Assembly (NCBI GenBank): GCA_951406725.2
Contig: OX597824.1
Coordinates: forward strand, 95,170,001-95,234,000
DNA: 64,000 bases
Reading direction: 5' to 3'
From: Octopus vulgaris
Taxonomy: Eukaryota
The notes below the pieces were generated by a model. That model saw nothing but the letters and a program-made list of their open reading frames with translations, searched no databases and was not told the DNA's origin. The position numbers and the translations under genes are program-made. Shown here in pieces: positions 62,706 through 64,000 of this stretch. Position 1 is the stretch's first letter, and every line of letters begins with the position of its first letter.

Positions 62706-62781
62706 CTATGTACTAATTAGTTTCACTTGTTAATAATTTACGTATATGAATACATAAACATCTGCAAGATCATCAGCATAG
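62706..62781 (-). ncRNA. Type I hammerhead ribozyme motif with extended stem II
   Basis: CUAUG-CUGAUGA-UCUUG..CAAGU-GAA-ACUAAUUAGU-A-CAUAG: 5-bp stem I, palindromic stem III, GUA triplet. Confidence 0.65.
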
Positions 62782-62907
62782 TCTGTCGTTTATGAAATAC
62801 AATTTCTAGAACTAGATACAGGGCGCTCGACCGAAATCCAGCATTGCATAGAGTTCCACAAATTATATTTATGTGTATCTTTCAAATGCCTTGACTTTGG
62901 CATTTGA

Positions 62908-63078
62908 AGTTCTATATTTAAGAGATGAGGAATTATTTACATTATTTACATTTGACAGATGTTTGTCCTCATCTTGTTTGTTGTTAACACAACGTTTCAG
63001 CTGATATACCCTCCAGCCTTCATCAAATGTTCTGGGGAAATTTCGAACCTGGGTTCTCATTCCTAAGGTATTTTTCGA

Positions 63079-63116
<38 letters not shown>

Positions 63117-63328
63117 TCACTGCCTGGAATCGAACTCGGAATCTTGAGGTTAGTAGCCTGTGCTCTTAATCACTACACCTATATGCCGCAATATGCCCAC
63201 GGGCATATAGCATAGTGGTTAAGAGTGTGGGCTACTAATCCCAAGATTCCGAGTTCAATTCTAGGCAGTGACCTGAATAATAAAAATAATAATAATAATA
63301 ACATTGAAAAATACCTTAGGAATGAGAA
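62908..63328. mobile_element. Head-to-head pair of tRNA-headed repeats; the minus-strand copy carries a hammerhead motif
   Basis: Inverted arms 63054-63185 and 63201-63328; A box tagcatagtgg, B box gagttcaattc; (AAT)n spacer. Confidence 0.75.
62985..63032 (-). ncRNA. Degenerate hammerhead motif inside a tRNA-headed repeat
   Basis: AACAU-UUGAUGA-AGGCUG(gaggguauau)CAGCU-GAA-ACGU-U-GUGUU. Confidence 0.5.
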
Positions 63329-64000
63329 TGACCATTTAGTACAGTTAGATTAATCTGTCTTCAACTGTCTCAGTCTATCTCTCACATAAATGTCACAAGG
63401 TTCATGTTCTCTCTATATGGATATAAATTCTCCCCTTTGTGGTCTTAACAACTATATATGTATCGTAACTTTCCAAGTGTCATCTGCATTGCTTTTTTGA
63501 CCTTTGTCTGTTGAGATGAACATGGATCACATGCGTAAATATATTGAAATGTTACATGACACCATCGTTTATATTCAAGATGTGTCTGAACTTTATGTCG
63601 AAATAACTGTCATCAACATCATCATCATCAGCATCTAACGTGTTTTCTATGCTAGTGTGTGCAAGCACACACAGATAGTCAGACAGACATAAAGACAGAC
63701 AAACATAAAAACAGACAGGCAGACAGATAGATAGATAGATAGGTGTGGGTGTGTGTTTGTCTGTAAAATAGAATATTGTAGCTGTGATGAAGCATAGAGC
63801 AATGGTGTTTATTTAACAAAGCCATTTAGCAAACATATTTGGTGCTAAAAGGAATGCAAACAAGAGTAAAACCAATCCAAACACACACCAACACACACAT
63901 TGTTTATTTTACAGGCGTTGTTTTTTCCTGGGTATATTGTTTTAATGGTGGAATTCATAGCAGATAAAGCTATAAATAGCATAAAGAATATTTGGTCAAA

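Noticed and set aside
63201-63272. Possible tRNA gene (also 56416-56490 and 57041-57110)
   Set aside because: No proper acceptor stem or T-run terminator; each continues into a repeat body, so these are SINE heads

Overview
Eukaryotic, AT-rich, repeat-dense genomic DNA. The SINE/LINE families and microsatellite style point to a cephalopod (Octopus-like), which is inference. Most ORFs in the supplied track are repeat-derived noise. Three intron-containing protein genes lie on the minus strand. (1) The 5' part of an unidentified gene: first coding exon 13730-13846, then a large Ser/Pro/Gln-rich exon from 1334 running off the left edge. (2) and (3) Two tandem PLD3/PLD4-family paralogs, each with 9 coding exons in identical phases: copy A at 48888-61705 (about 429 aa) and copy B at 22490-38978 (435 aa). 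Copy B has an intact frame but carries substitutions at several active-site-associated residues, starts directly with a hydrophobic signal, and shares a probable gene-conversion tract with A. The non-coding DNA holds tRNA-derived SINEs, RTE/CR1/R4-Dong LINE fragments, Tc1/mariner remnants, TTAA-MITEs and Penelope-like (PLE) debris. The least expected signal is a set of minimal type I hammerhead-ribozyme motifs in at least four unrelated repeat sequences. Their core 3-8 base pair covaries (C-G, G-C, A-U), and several sit at the turn points of long fold-back palindromes. All structures were read by eye and none has been computed or tested.
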